Origin: Promethearchaeota archaeon
Lineage (GTDB): Archaea > Asgardarchaeota > Lokiarchaeia > Sigyniarchaeales > Sigyniarchaeaceae
Length of the DNA: 13,213 nt
Direction: 5' to 3'
Assembly: GCA_016932935.1 (NCBI GenBank)
Contig: JAFGBX010000051.1
Span: 1 to 13,213, forward strand
In this document: piece by piece, positions 7,269-13,213 of the stretch
Numbering within the stretch: position 1 is the stretch's first letter
How the letters are laid out: each line of letters starts with the position of its first letter
The notes under the pieces: model-generated
What the model saw: the letters and a program-made list of their open reading frames with translations, nothing else
Told to the model about the DNA's origin: nothing
Databases searched by the model: none
Made by a program: the position numbers and the translations under genes

Positions 7269-7913
7269 ATGGTGAACATTGTTTTGTTCGGCCCGCCAGG
7301 CGCAGGGAAGGGGACACTGGCCGAGATCATCAAGCGATACAGCAAGATCGTCCACATAAGCACCGGAGACCTCTTCAGGGAGAACGTGAAGAGCAGTACG
7401 CCGATCGGCAAGGAAGCCAAGAAGTACATGGACGAGGGGAAGCTAGTGCCGGATTCCGTCGTCATCGGCATGGTGAAGGAGCGGCTGGCCAGGGACGACG
7501 TCAAGAAGGACGGCTTCATGCTCGACGGCTTCCCGCGCACGCTGGATCAAGCAAAGGCGCTCGACGGGGTCACCAGGCTCGACACGGTCGCCGTGCTCGA
7601 CATCGACAAGAAGTCGCTGCGGGAGCGGATCCTCGGCAGGTACAACTGCCCGAAATGCAACCGCATCTACAACATCTTCAACGACAGGCTTAAGCCGAAG
7701 ATGGAAGGTCAGTGCGACGAGTGCAAGGTCGCGCTCACGCACCGTGCTGATGACAACGAAGAAACGTTCGAGAAGCGGTGGAAGGCCTACGAGGAACAGT
7801 CCACCGACGCGCTGGAGTATTACGAGGAGCGAGCGGGGCTCGTCAAGCACGTCGACAGCAACAAGATACTGGCCCTCACGGAGAAGGACGTCAAGGGCAT
7901 GTTTGGCCTATAG
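7269..7913 (+). CDS. adk: Adenylate kinase, long bacterial-type with a Cys4 zinc-binding LID domain.
   Basis: The P-loop GPPGAGKG is present, along with LDGFPRT (the AMP-binding region) and the LID motif CPKC...CDEC. The length is 214 aa. A GTG at 7272 would give the canonical MNIVLFGPPGAGKG N-terminus, so the start is 7269 or 7272. Confidence 0.9.
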   Translation: MVNIVLFGPPGAGKGTLAEIIKRYSKIVHISTGDLFRENVKSSTPIGKEAKKYMDEGKLVPDSVVIGMVKERLARDDVKKDGFMLDGFPRTLDQAKALDGVTRLDTVAVLDIDKKSLRERILGRYNCPKCNRIYNIFNDRLKPKMEGQCDECKVALTHRADDNEETFEKRWKAYEEQSTDALEYYEERAGLVKHVDSNKILALTEKDVKGMFGL

Positions 7914-7918
7914 AATCC

Positions 7919-7930
7919 ACGCGCGCGTGA
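7919..7930. terminator. Perfect 12-bp GC palindrome CACGCGCGCGTG between convergent adk and the PH-like gene. Possible bidirectional terminator hairpin.
   Basis: Read directly at 7919-7930, six nucleotides after the adk stop. No T-run follows it. Confidence 0.3.
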
Positions 7931-7978
7931 TTGGGACGAGGCATCTTGAGCCCCAGGTCACAGACCTCGGTTCCCGTT

Positions 7979-8539
7979 TCAATTGATGAGCACTGCCGGT
8001 GCACTCGTGGCGTGGTCGAAGGCGGCTTGCACCGGCATCAGTAGGCAGATCGCCGCCATGATGCCAATGACCAGCAAGACCTCCCTGTCCCTGGCTTCAT
8101 CGATCACGCTGGCCTTTATTTCACGAGAATTCTTTTCGATCTCAGCGATAGAAATCCCGCCTCTTCGGATGATCAAGCGCCTGGGGAATCCCTCTACCAT
8201 TATCTGCATGATGTCGGATCCGATCGCGCTCTCGTACTCGTAGGCATAATCGAAGCCGTCCGCCTTCCGGTTGACGATCCCGAATATCGCAAGGCCTCCC
8301 TCTCCATCGAGAGCGGCCCGCCTCGGCACGAGGATGCGGCAATGCTGGTCGCGGTCGCTCGTGGCCTCGAGGACGAGCGCGACCTCGTGCCGCGAGTTCA
8401 TCACGAATGACGACATCCCCCTCTGGTCTAGCTCCACCCGGATACTGCCCGCCAGCATCCCGTCGCTGTTTTCCAGCAAATACGCTTCGGCACGTTTGTC
8501 GTACCTGCACTTGAAGAACCAGCCCTTTTTTATGGCCAT
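7979..8539 (-). CDS. PH-domain-like protein with a C-terminal transmembrane anchor (tail-anchored). Function unknown.
   Basis: ATG 8539 has a strong SD (AAGGAGG, 8-nt spacer). The N-terminus MAIKKGWFFKCRYDKRAEAYLLENSDGMLAGSIRVELDQ...FVMNSRHEVALV resembles the PH/bPH fold signature (KKGWhhK ... hxhxx). The single C-terminal hydrophobic helix is LLVIGIMAAICLLMPV. The upstream 41 codons of the 8662 ORF lie in an AT-rich island and are excluded. Confidence 0.55.
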   Translation of the reverse strand: MAIKKGWFFKCRYDKRAEAYLLENSDGMLAGSIRVELDQRGMSSFVMNSRHEVALVLEATSDRDQHCRILVPRRAALDGEGGLAIFGIVNRKADGFDYAYEYESAIGSDIMQIMVEGFPRRLIIRRGGISIAEIEKNSREIKASVIDEARDREVLLVIGIMAAICLLMPVQAAFDHATSAPAVLIN

Positions 8540-8808
8540 CGGATCCGCCTCCTTCCAACTTGTTCCTCCATGAGAATCCTCACAGAACCTTATGCTATGA
8601 ACATACGACCGCGACAACAATGTTCCTACTGAATCTATATACTCCCCACTTCGAATCATCAAGATTGCAGTAAGATTTCATGCCGCCGTGCAATAACCTT
8701 CTGCGCATGATATCCAAGGATTCTGAGGCGGTTCTTGGCTGTTGAGGATGCCATCTCTTTTTTTGATGCGCGGATGCCCTCGGGCCATCATACTCCCGCC
8801 CGCCTGCC

Positions 8809-9759
8809 TCAACCGGCGCGGTCGTCCTTCGCGCCGAGGGCCGCCTTGTCGGCGCCCTCCAGCTTCTTGACGGAGCTCTTGTAGAGATCGGGAAGCTTCA
8901 AGGGCTCCGTGAAGCCACCGCGCTCGAACAGCTTCCAGGCCTCGAGTTTCGCGACGGCGTCCAACTCGGCGTCGCTCCTGATCCTGCCCGGCCTCTCCTC
9001 AATGGCCTCCTCACCGGTCGCATACAAGTGCGGGTTTTCCTGGACGTCCTTCACCCAGCGGCGCAACGAGGCCCCGATGGCCGCCCAGTTGAGGAAATTT
9101 GAGAAGAGGTTCTTGATCGCTGCCTGGTCCTTGAACAGGCCGTCGAACGGCGGGTTGAACGCGGCCAGATCCGTATTGCCGTCGAACCGACCGGCCCGCT
9201 TCCGTTCGTCCTTGGGGACGAGCTCGTCGCCCGGAAGGATGCAGTTGCTCCCCGCCGTGAACAGTGGCGACTCGTACCCCGTCGGGCCGGCGTAGGTTCT
9301 TTCGTACTCGTCGATCTTGGATCCGTTCGATCCACCGCCGCCCCGCCTATGTGGTTTCCAGGATGAAGGCGTGGATCGCCTGGCGCGCTGCTTGTTCCTG
9401 AACCCGGTGGGGCTCGGGTAGTCGTCCTCGCCGCTAGCCCCGACGGGTATGCCCATGAAAGACTTGCGCTCCCCGCCGAGGTAGACGCCGCAATGCGGGC
9501 ACCGCATCCCAACGCGGACGCGGCTCGGCAGAACCCGGCCACAGCCGCCGCACGTCCTCGTCGACCACGCGAGGCCGGGTATGCCCCGGAAGCTGCCGTC
9601 GTTGCACGCAATCATGCCGATGATGATGGCCGCGATGATGCCGTAGTAGATGAGGTCGTCGAAGAAGAACAAGGGGTTCGCGAAGGAAAGAACCAGGAGC
9701 GCCGTGGCGAGGATGGAGCAGATGATCACGAGCGTCCGCTTTGTTGGATCCATTGGCAT
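8809..9759 (-). CDS. Membrane-anchored zinc-ribbon protein with a disordered Gly/Arg-rich linker and a ~150 aa C-terminal domain of unknown function.
   Basis: Two N-terminal TM helices (LVIICSILATALLVLSF; LIYYGIIAAIIIGMIA) are followed by a C-x2-C-x16-C-x2-C zinc ribbon (CGGCGRVLPSRVRVGMRCPHCG), a low-complexity RRGGGGSNG linker and a C-terminal domain. Start is ATG 9759 (MPMDPTKR) or 9753. An AT-rich TATA-like island lies upstream at 9780-9860. Confidence 0.55.
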   Translation of the reverse strand: MPMDPTKRTLVIICSILATALLVLSFANPLFFFDDLIYYGIIAAIIIGMIACNDGSFRGIPGLAWSTRTCGGCGRVLPSRVRVGMRCPHCGVYLGGERKSFMGIPVGASGEDDYPSPTGFRNKQRARRSTPSSWKPHRRGGGGSNGSKIDEYERTYAGPTGYESPLFTAGSNCILPGDELVPKDERKRAGRFDGNTDLAAFNPPFDGLFKDQAAIKNLFSNFLNWAAIGASLRRWVKDVQENPHLYATGEEAIEERPGRIRSDAELDAVAKLEAWKLFERGGFTEPLKLPDLYKSSVKKLEGADKAALGAKDDRAG

Positions 9760-9892
9760 GGTGATCTCACGAACATCTGTTGGAAGGTGAATGACCACGA
9801 CCTTCGATTCAGTGATCGAGATATAGATGCCACGGGAGAATATTTAAAATGGTTTCATCCAGAAACGGCGGCATGGCGCCACCGAGCCGTGC

Positions 9893-10543
9893 TCACACCC
9901 TGCCCGGCAAGAAATAGCGTGTCCCGTCCTTGTAAGACACGTCCTTGCGGAGCAGCCCGGTTCGGAGCAGGTGACTGAGTACCCTCGCTAGGCGGACATC
10001 TGCCCAGTGCAGGGTTATCTTCAGCTCGGCCTCGCTCATGAACTCCTTGCCCTTGAATAGCCCCAGCACGGTTGCCCCATCCATGTACGCCTCGGATTGT
10101 TTGATCGCGAGGTAATGCTCCCCGTCCTGGTGGATCTCGTCGAAGGGCTTGTCCTTGATCTTGCAAGCCTTCCGGATGTGGTCTATCGAAACGAGGGCTT
10201 TGAGCGAGCTGCTCCCGAAGTCCTTGAGTATCGCAGGTAAGGCCAGGATGCCCCCCGTCGAGCCGATGGCTGACTCGAGGATAGCCTTGATTCTCAAAGC
10301 GAGGAGATCGATGCGGGGCTCCACGGTTCCTGGCGCGAGGATCTCGGAATACGAGTCCTTGGGTATGACCTTCACGTAGTTGTCGGTCGATGAAATGACG
10401 ATCGCCCTGTCTCCCTTGTTCAGGGAGAACTCGGAATCGGCCCTGACGAGATCCAACGTGCCAGCCTCGTGGCGAACCATGCCGTTCCCCCGAGCCTGGT
10501 TCCACAAGTCCACGGTCACGACAGCACCGACGGGCACCTTCAT
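9893..10543 (-). CDS. NfeD-like OB-fold domain protein (no TM segment) fused to C-terminal winged-helix (wHTH, TrmB/MarR-like) domain(s).
   Basis: ATG 10543 has a GAGGTG SD-like motif 11 nt upstream and lies 53 nt after the flotillin stop. The N-terminal ~65 aa (GAVVTVDL...VRHEAGTLDLVRADSEFSLNKGDRAIVISSTDNYVKVIP) matches the NfeD C-terminal beta-barrel pattern (V.V.GE.W.A.S-..I..GE.V.V....L.V). The C-terminal MSEAELKITLHWADVRLARVLSHLLRTGLLRKDVSYKDGTRYFLPG is a classic wHTH with wing. A second WH-like segment (ILALPAILKDFGSSSLKALVSID...GEHYLAIK) precedes it. Confidence 0.6.
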   Translation of the reverse strand: MKVPVGAVVTVDLWNQARGNGMVRHEAGTLDLVRADSEFSLNKGDRAIVISSTDNYVKVIPKDSYSEILAPGTVEPRIDLLALRIKAILESAIGSTGGILALPAILKDFGSSSLKALVSIDHIRKACKIKDKPFDEIHQDGEHYLAIKQSEAYMDGATVLGLFKGKEFMSEAELKITLHWADVRLARVLSHLLRTGLLRKDVSYKDGTRYFLPGRV

Positions 10544-10596
10544 CGATCGCACACCTCGAAAAAGAGAAAGAGGATGACGCAAAAGAAGCTATCGCA

Positions 10597-11880
10597 TCAC
10601 CTGCCCGACGCCGCGGCCTGGGCGGTCTTCGTGGCAAGCCCGACCTTGGCGATAAGCTCGGAAAGGCCGCCCTGGAGCAGCCCGGACTGAAGCAGCGCAT
10701 CGATCTTCGGCAAGAAGTTACCGAGGAAGTTGCCGTCCGAGTTCCCATTACCACCCGAGGGCAGATAGATGATCTTGTTGTTCGGCCCGACTGCCTTTGC
10801 TATCTGCTCCGCGGAATCGACTTGTGCCTTGGCGAGGAGTTCGAGGATCTTCATCTGCGCCGTCGTCTCGTTGTATTGCTTCATCGCCTCGGCCTTCTGC
10901 CGGATGGCATCAGCCTCAGCGATGCCCCTGAGGCGGATGCCCTCGGCCTCCGCCTCGAGCTTGAGCTTGACAGCATTACTGTCCGCCTGGGCCTTGATCG
11001 ACACTGCCTCCGAATCCGCCTTGGCGAGCATTATCTTCTTGTTGCGCTCGATCTCGGCCATCTTCTCCGCGTTCTGCTGTTCGACCTTCAAGCGCTTCTC
11101 CTCGAGCACGAGCTTCTGCTCCGACGCGAGCTTCTCACGCTCGTAGTGGGCGACCTCCTCCTCCTTCTTCATCTGCTCGCTCTTAACCTTGGCGTCCTTC
11201 TCCTTCTCGACCTCGATCTTGACCGCCTCGGAGTCGTGGGTGGCCTCGGAGATACGCGCGTTGCGTCGGAGCTCGGCGATCTTGACCTTCTCGAGCGAAG
11301 CTATGACGTCGGATCCCTCGATGTCCCGGATATTCTTGATGTCGAAAATCACGGGCGAGAGGCCGAGCTTGGACAGCGCGTCTTGCACCATCGCATAGAT
11401 GGCTTTTTCGATCTCCTCCCGGTTCTTCATGATCTCGAGGATGTTGCGCTCCATCGCCACGGAGCGTGCCGCCGACATAACCGTGTCCTCGACGACCTTC
11501 GAGATCGTGCTGTGGTCGATTGTCGTGAGGGTCGCTGCTGACTTTGGCGGGTCGGTCACCTGCACCTTGACCGATATCTCGACACCGAAGGGCAGCTTGT
11601 CCACGTCGTGCAGCTTGATGAGCTGGGGCTCGATGTCAAGCACGTGTTTCGGGATGATGGTTCGCCCGTGGAAGACCCGCAGGAACACGTACCTGCCCGA
11701 GCCATCATACTGAGTGATCCTTTTACCATGGCTGACGACGTGCACCTCGTTAAAAGGCACGACGACCAGCGACTTAAAATAAATGCCGACGACGATCATG
11801 GCGGCGATCCCGCCGATGACACATGCAAGGATCCCGCCGACGAGGTTGAAGTCCACCTGGAGATGCTGTGCTTGGATCAT
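10597..11880 (-). CDS. floT: Flotillin (SPFH/band-7 family, FloT-like) membrane scaffold protein.
   Basis: An N-terminal TM helix (ILACVIGGIAAMIVVGIYF) is followed by an SPFH domain and a long Glu/Ala/Lys-rich coiled-coil with EA repeats (AEAEGIRLRGIAEADAIRQKAEAMK) typical of flotillins. A GAGGA SD-like motif lies 6 nt upstream of ATG 11880. Confidence 0.85.
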   Translation of the reverse strand: MIQAQHLQVDFNLVGGILACVIGGIAAMIVVGIYFKSLVVVPFNEVHVVSHGKRITQYDGSGRYVFLRVFHGRTIIPKHVLDIEPQLIKLHDVDKLPFGVEISVKVQVTDPPKSAATLTTIDHSTISKVVEDTVMSAARSVAMERNILEIMKNREEIEKAIYAMVQDALSKLGLSPVIFDIKNIRDIEGSDVIASLEKVKIAELRRNARISEATHDSEAVKIEVEKEKDAKVKSEQMKKEEEVAHYEREKLASEQKLVLEEKRLKVEQQNAEKMAEIERNKKIMLAKADSEAVSIKAQADSNAVKLKLEAEAEGIRLRGIAEADAIRQKAEAMKQYNETTAQMKILELLAKAQVDSAEQIAKAVGPNNKIIYLPSGGNGNSDGNFLGNFLPKIDALLQSGLLQGGLSELIAKVGLATKTAQAAASGR

Positions 11881-11967
11881 ATGGGTTCCTCTATGCTTGG
11901 CACACCTTCTTCAACGACTGGTGTTCATGCAGAGCTAGCCGATTCAACAGCCTTGAATTGATGACAT

Positions 11968-11985
11968 GTGAAACATATGTTTCAC
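11968..11985. promoter_or_regulatory. Perfect 18-bp palindrome GTGAAACATATGTTTCAC in the divergent promoter region between the flotillin cluster and the WH/Pro-rich gene. Candidate operator for a dimeric regulator.
   Basis: Read directly. It is 88 nt upstream of the flotillin ATG at 11880 and 127 nt upstream of ATG 12112, inside the AT-rich island. Confidence 0.4.
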
Positions 11986-12111
11986 GATGCGCCACTGGGT
12001 CGGGATGCTTGGAGGGAATGCTTATTTGTCGTCCCCTTGATCTAATCACAATAGGACTCTCGGAGAATCGAGTGATTCATCCACCGGTTCACACCATCAT
12101 GGCGGACAACG

Positions 12112-13213
12112 ATGAGCGACGAGAAGAAGCCTTCGACGATGTTTGAACTAATGCAGATGTCGCAAAAGAAGCAAGAATCCGAGAAAGGAAAGAAAAAAAA
12201 GGACAAGGACAAGGACAAGGAGAAGGACGTCCAAGAGAGCCAGGAGTTGGACGAGAAGCTCTTCGGCAAGGCCTCGGTCGCGGCACCCGGTGGTGCAGCT
12301 GCCCCGGCGGGGCCGAGCTCGAGAGACTTGTTCTCGCTGCTCGAGGAGACGGACAAGGAGGCAAAAGCGGCCCTCAAAGCACAGCTCCTCGACGCGATCG
12401 AGGCCATGGCACAGGCCTATGCTGAGATACCGATCAACCGGATCGCGAAGCGCGTCAGGGAGGAGGCCGAGGAGGCCGTCCTCGCAGTGCTCGAGGAGAT
12501 GATCATCGGCGGCCTCATCAAGGCGCGGCTCGCCCCCGACCGGATCCTCCCCGCGGATGGCTCCAGCAAGATCCAGGTCGACCGTGGCGCTGCGGGGGTA
12601 CAACCCAAGTCACAGCCCGCTCCCTCGCCCCCGGTCGCGACGAGCAAGCCCGAGCCGCCCTCGGCAGCATCGGGCGCGCCCGCCGAGCCGGGGCCTGCCA
12701 AAGAAGCCAAGCCACGCCCGTCCATGGAGGACGTGCCACCAGCCCCTTCCATCCCTCCGGTTCCCGCGCCGGCGGCACCAAGGCCGGCGCCACCACCCGT
12801 TCCATCGATCCCAAGGATCGAAGCACCCCCGGCGATATCCATCGGCGTTGGGGCGCCGGCGCCAAGCCCACCGCCAGAGCCGGCGGTCGAACCGCCAGCG
12901 CCGGCAGCTCCCGCAGTCGAGGAAATACCCGATTTTCCCAATCCCGATTCGATCGAGGCCCCGCCCGGTGCGATCCCGGTTCCCGCTCCCGCGCCGGCCC
13001 CGGCACCCGTGGCGTCCCAACCAGCCCCGCCCGCGTCGAGGCCCCTTGGGGGGCTCAAGCCCATGGGGAAGATGCCGATCCCCAGCCCGGCCCGGGCCGG
13101 GATGGTGAAGCCCGCTCCGCCGGTTTCCCCGGCGCCCGTCGCGCCGGTGGTGCCGTCCGCGCCGGTGGTGCCGTCCGCGCCGGTGGTGCCGTCCGCGCCG
13201 GTGGTGCCGTCCG
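12112..13213 (+). CDS. Hypothetical protein, 3'-truncated by the window edge. It has an acidic/Lys-rich N-terminus, a PCI-like winged-helix domain and a long Pro/Ala-rich low-complexity tail with APVVPS tandem repeats.
   Basis: Manual translation from ATG 12112 has no stop to the window end (367 codons): MSDEKKPSTMFELMQMSQKKQESEKGKKKKDKDKDKEK...IPINRIAKRVREEAEEAVLAVLEEMIIGGLIKARLAPDRILPADG...(P/A-rich)...APVVPSAPVVPSAPVVPSAPVVPS. The six-frame track omits it because there is no stop inside the window. The opposite-strand ORFs here are G/A/R-rich shadows. Confidence 0.6.
   Translation, partial: MSDEKKPSTMFELMQMSQKKQESEKGKKKKDKDKDKEKDVQESQELDEKLFGKASVAAPGGAAAPAGPSSRDLFSLLEETDKEAKAALKAQLLDAIEAMAQAYAEIPINRIAKRVREEAEEAVLAVLEEMIIGGLIKARLAPDRILPADGSSKIQVDRGAAGVQPKSQPAPSPPVATSKPEPPSAASGAPAEPGPAKEAKPRPSMEDVPPAPSIPPVPAPAAPRPAPPPVPSIPRIEAPPAISIGVGAPAPSPPPEPAVEPPAPAAPAVEEIPDFPNPDSIEAPPGAIPVPAPAPAPAPVASQPAPPASRPLGGLKPMGKMPIPSPARAGMVKPAPPVSPAPVAPVVPSAPVVPSAPVVPSAPVVPS
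12201..12228 (+). repeat. Hexanucleotide tandem repeat (GGACAA)x3 plus degenerate copies, encoding DKDKDKEKD. It is immediately preceded by an A8 homopolymer (12193-12200).
   Basis: Read directly: ggacaaggacaaggacaaggagaaggac. It is in-frame inside the 12112 CDS. Confidence 0.8.
13141..13213 (+). repeat. Perfect 18-bp tandem repeat gcgccggtggtgccgtcc, at least 4 copies, continuing off the window edge. It encodes (APVVPS)n.
   Basis: Four identical 18-mers run from 13141 to 13212 in the frame of the 12112 CDS. Being cut by the window edge, the copy number is unknown. Confidence 0.9.

Noticed and set aside
7128-7540. Minus-strand ORFs of 75 and 93 aa overlapping the adk start and promoter
   Set aside because: Short, antisense to a confidently called adk, and without start context.
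9855-10754. 299-aa minus-strand ORF overlapping the NfeD-like gene and flotillin 3' end (also 9051..9611 and 9493..9978)
   Set aside because: An alternate frame of well-supported genes. The composition is Arg/Pro/Gly-rich and it has no domains.
10822-11541. 239-aa plus-strand ORF antisense to flotillin
   Set aside because: Leu/Asp/Arg-rich antisense shadow of the flotillin coiled-coil region.
12417-13108. Several long ORFs on both strands (12417..13064, 12518..13006, 12610..13020 minus; 12557..13108 plus) over the Pro/Ala-rich repeat region
   Set aside because: All are alternate readings of the same GC-rich low-complexity DNA, giving Gly/Ala/Arg or Arg/Pro polymers. The 12112 frame is the only one with a structured N-terminal domain and an upstream promoter island.
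13141-13213. Possible CRISPR array (regular 18-bp repeats)
   Set aside because: The repeats are directly contiguous with no spacers, are only 18 bp long, and are in-frame inside a coding sequence (APVVPS)n. This is a tandem coding repeat, not a CRISPR.

Overview
This is a high-GC, gene-dense 13.2 kb window. Short AT-richer islands mark the intergenic promoter regions at about 1860-2050, 3742-3840, 4245-4400, 7060-7130, 8560-8700, 9780-9890 and 11900-12060. I cannot run homology searches, so all product calls rest on motifs I recognise by eye. Gene content, left to right: (i) a 3'-truncated minus-strand CDS of unknown function (<1..245). (ii) A LarA-family (lactate racemase-like, DUF2088) gene on the minus strand. 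(iii) Two convergently oriented paralogous radical-SAM genes of about 562 aa each, roughly 75% identical to each other, each with an N-terminal Cys-rich segment and two CX3CX2C motifs. They resemble the archaeal tetraether-lipid-synthase (Tes/GDGT-MAS) radical-SAM family. They bracket a small polytopic membrane protein, a small AbrB/MazE-like ORF and a ~650 bp spacer with no convincing ORF but GC-rich hairpins. (iv) A bacterial-type adenylate kinase with a Cys4 zinc LID. (v) A four-gene minus-strand membrane cluster: a flotillin/SPFH protein, then an NfeD-like OB-fold protein fused to winged-helix domains, then a membrane-anchored zinc-ribbon protein, then a PH-like tail-anchored protein. (vi) A 3'-truncated plus-strand gene encoding an acidic/lysine-rich N-terminus, a PCI-like winged helix and a long Pro/Ala-rich tail that ends in perfect 18-bp tandem repeats at the window edge. 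The promoter islands hold several exact palindromes and hairpins, described below. TATA-like boxes, SD-like motifs and the Tes-like genes together suggest an archaeal genome, possibly one with a bacterial-type adk, but the domain of life cannot be settled from sequence alone. Most long ORFs in alternative frames are GC-driven shadow ORFs and were rejected.
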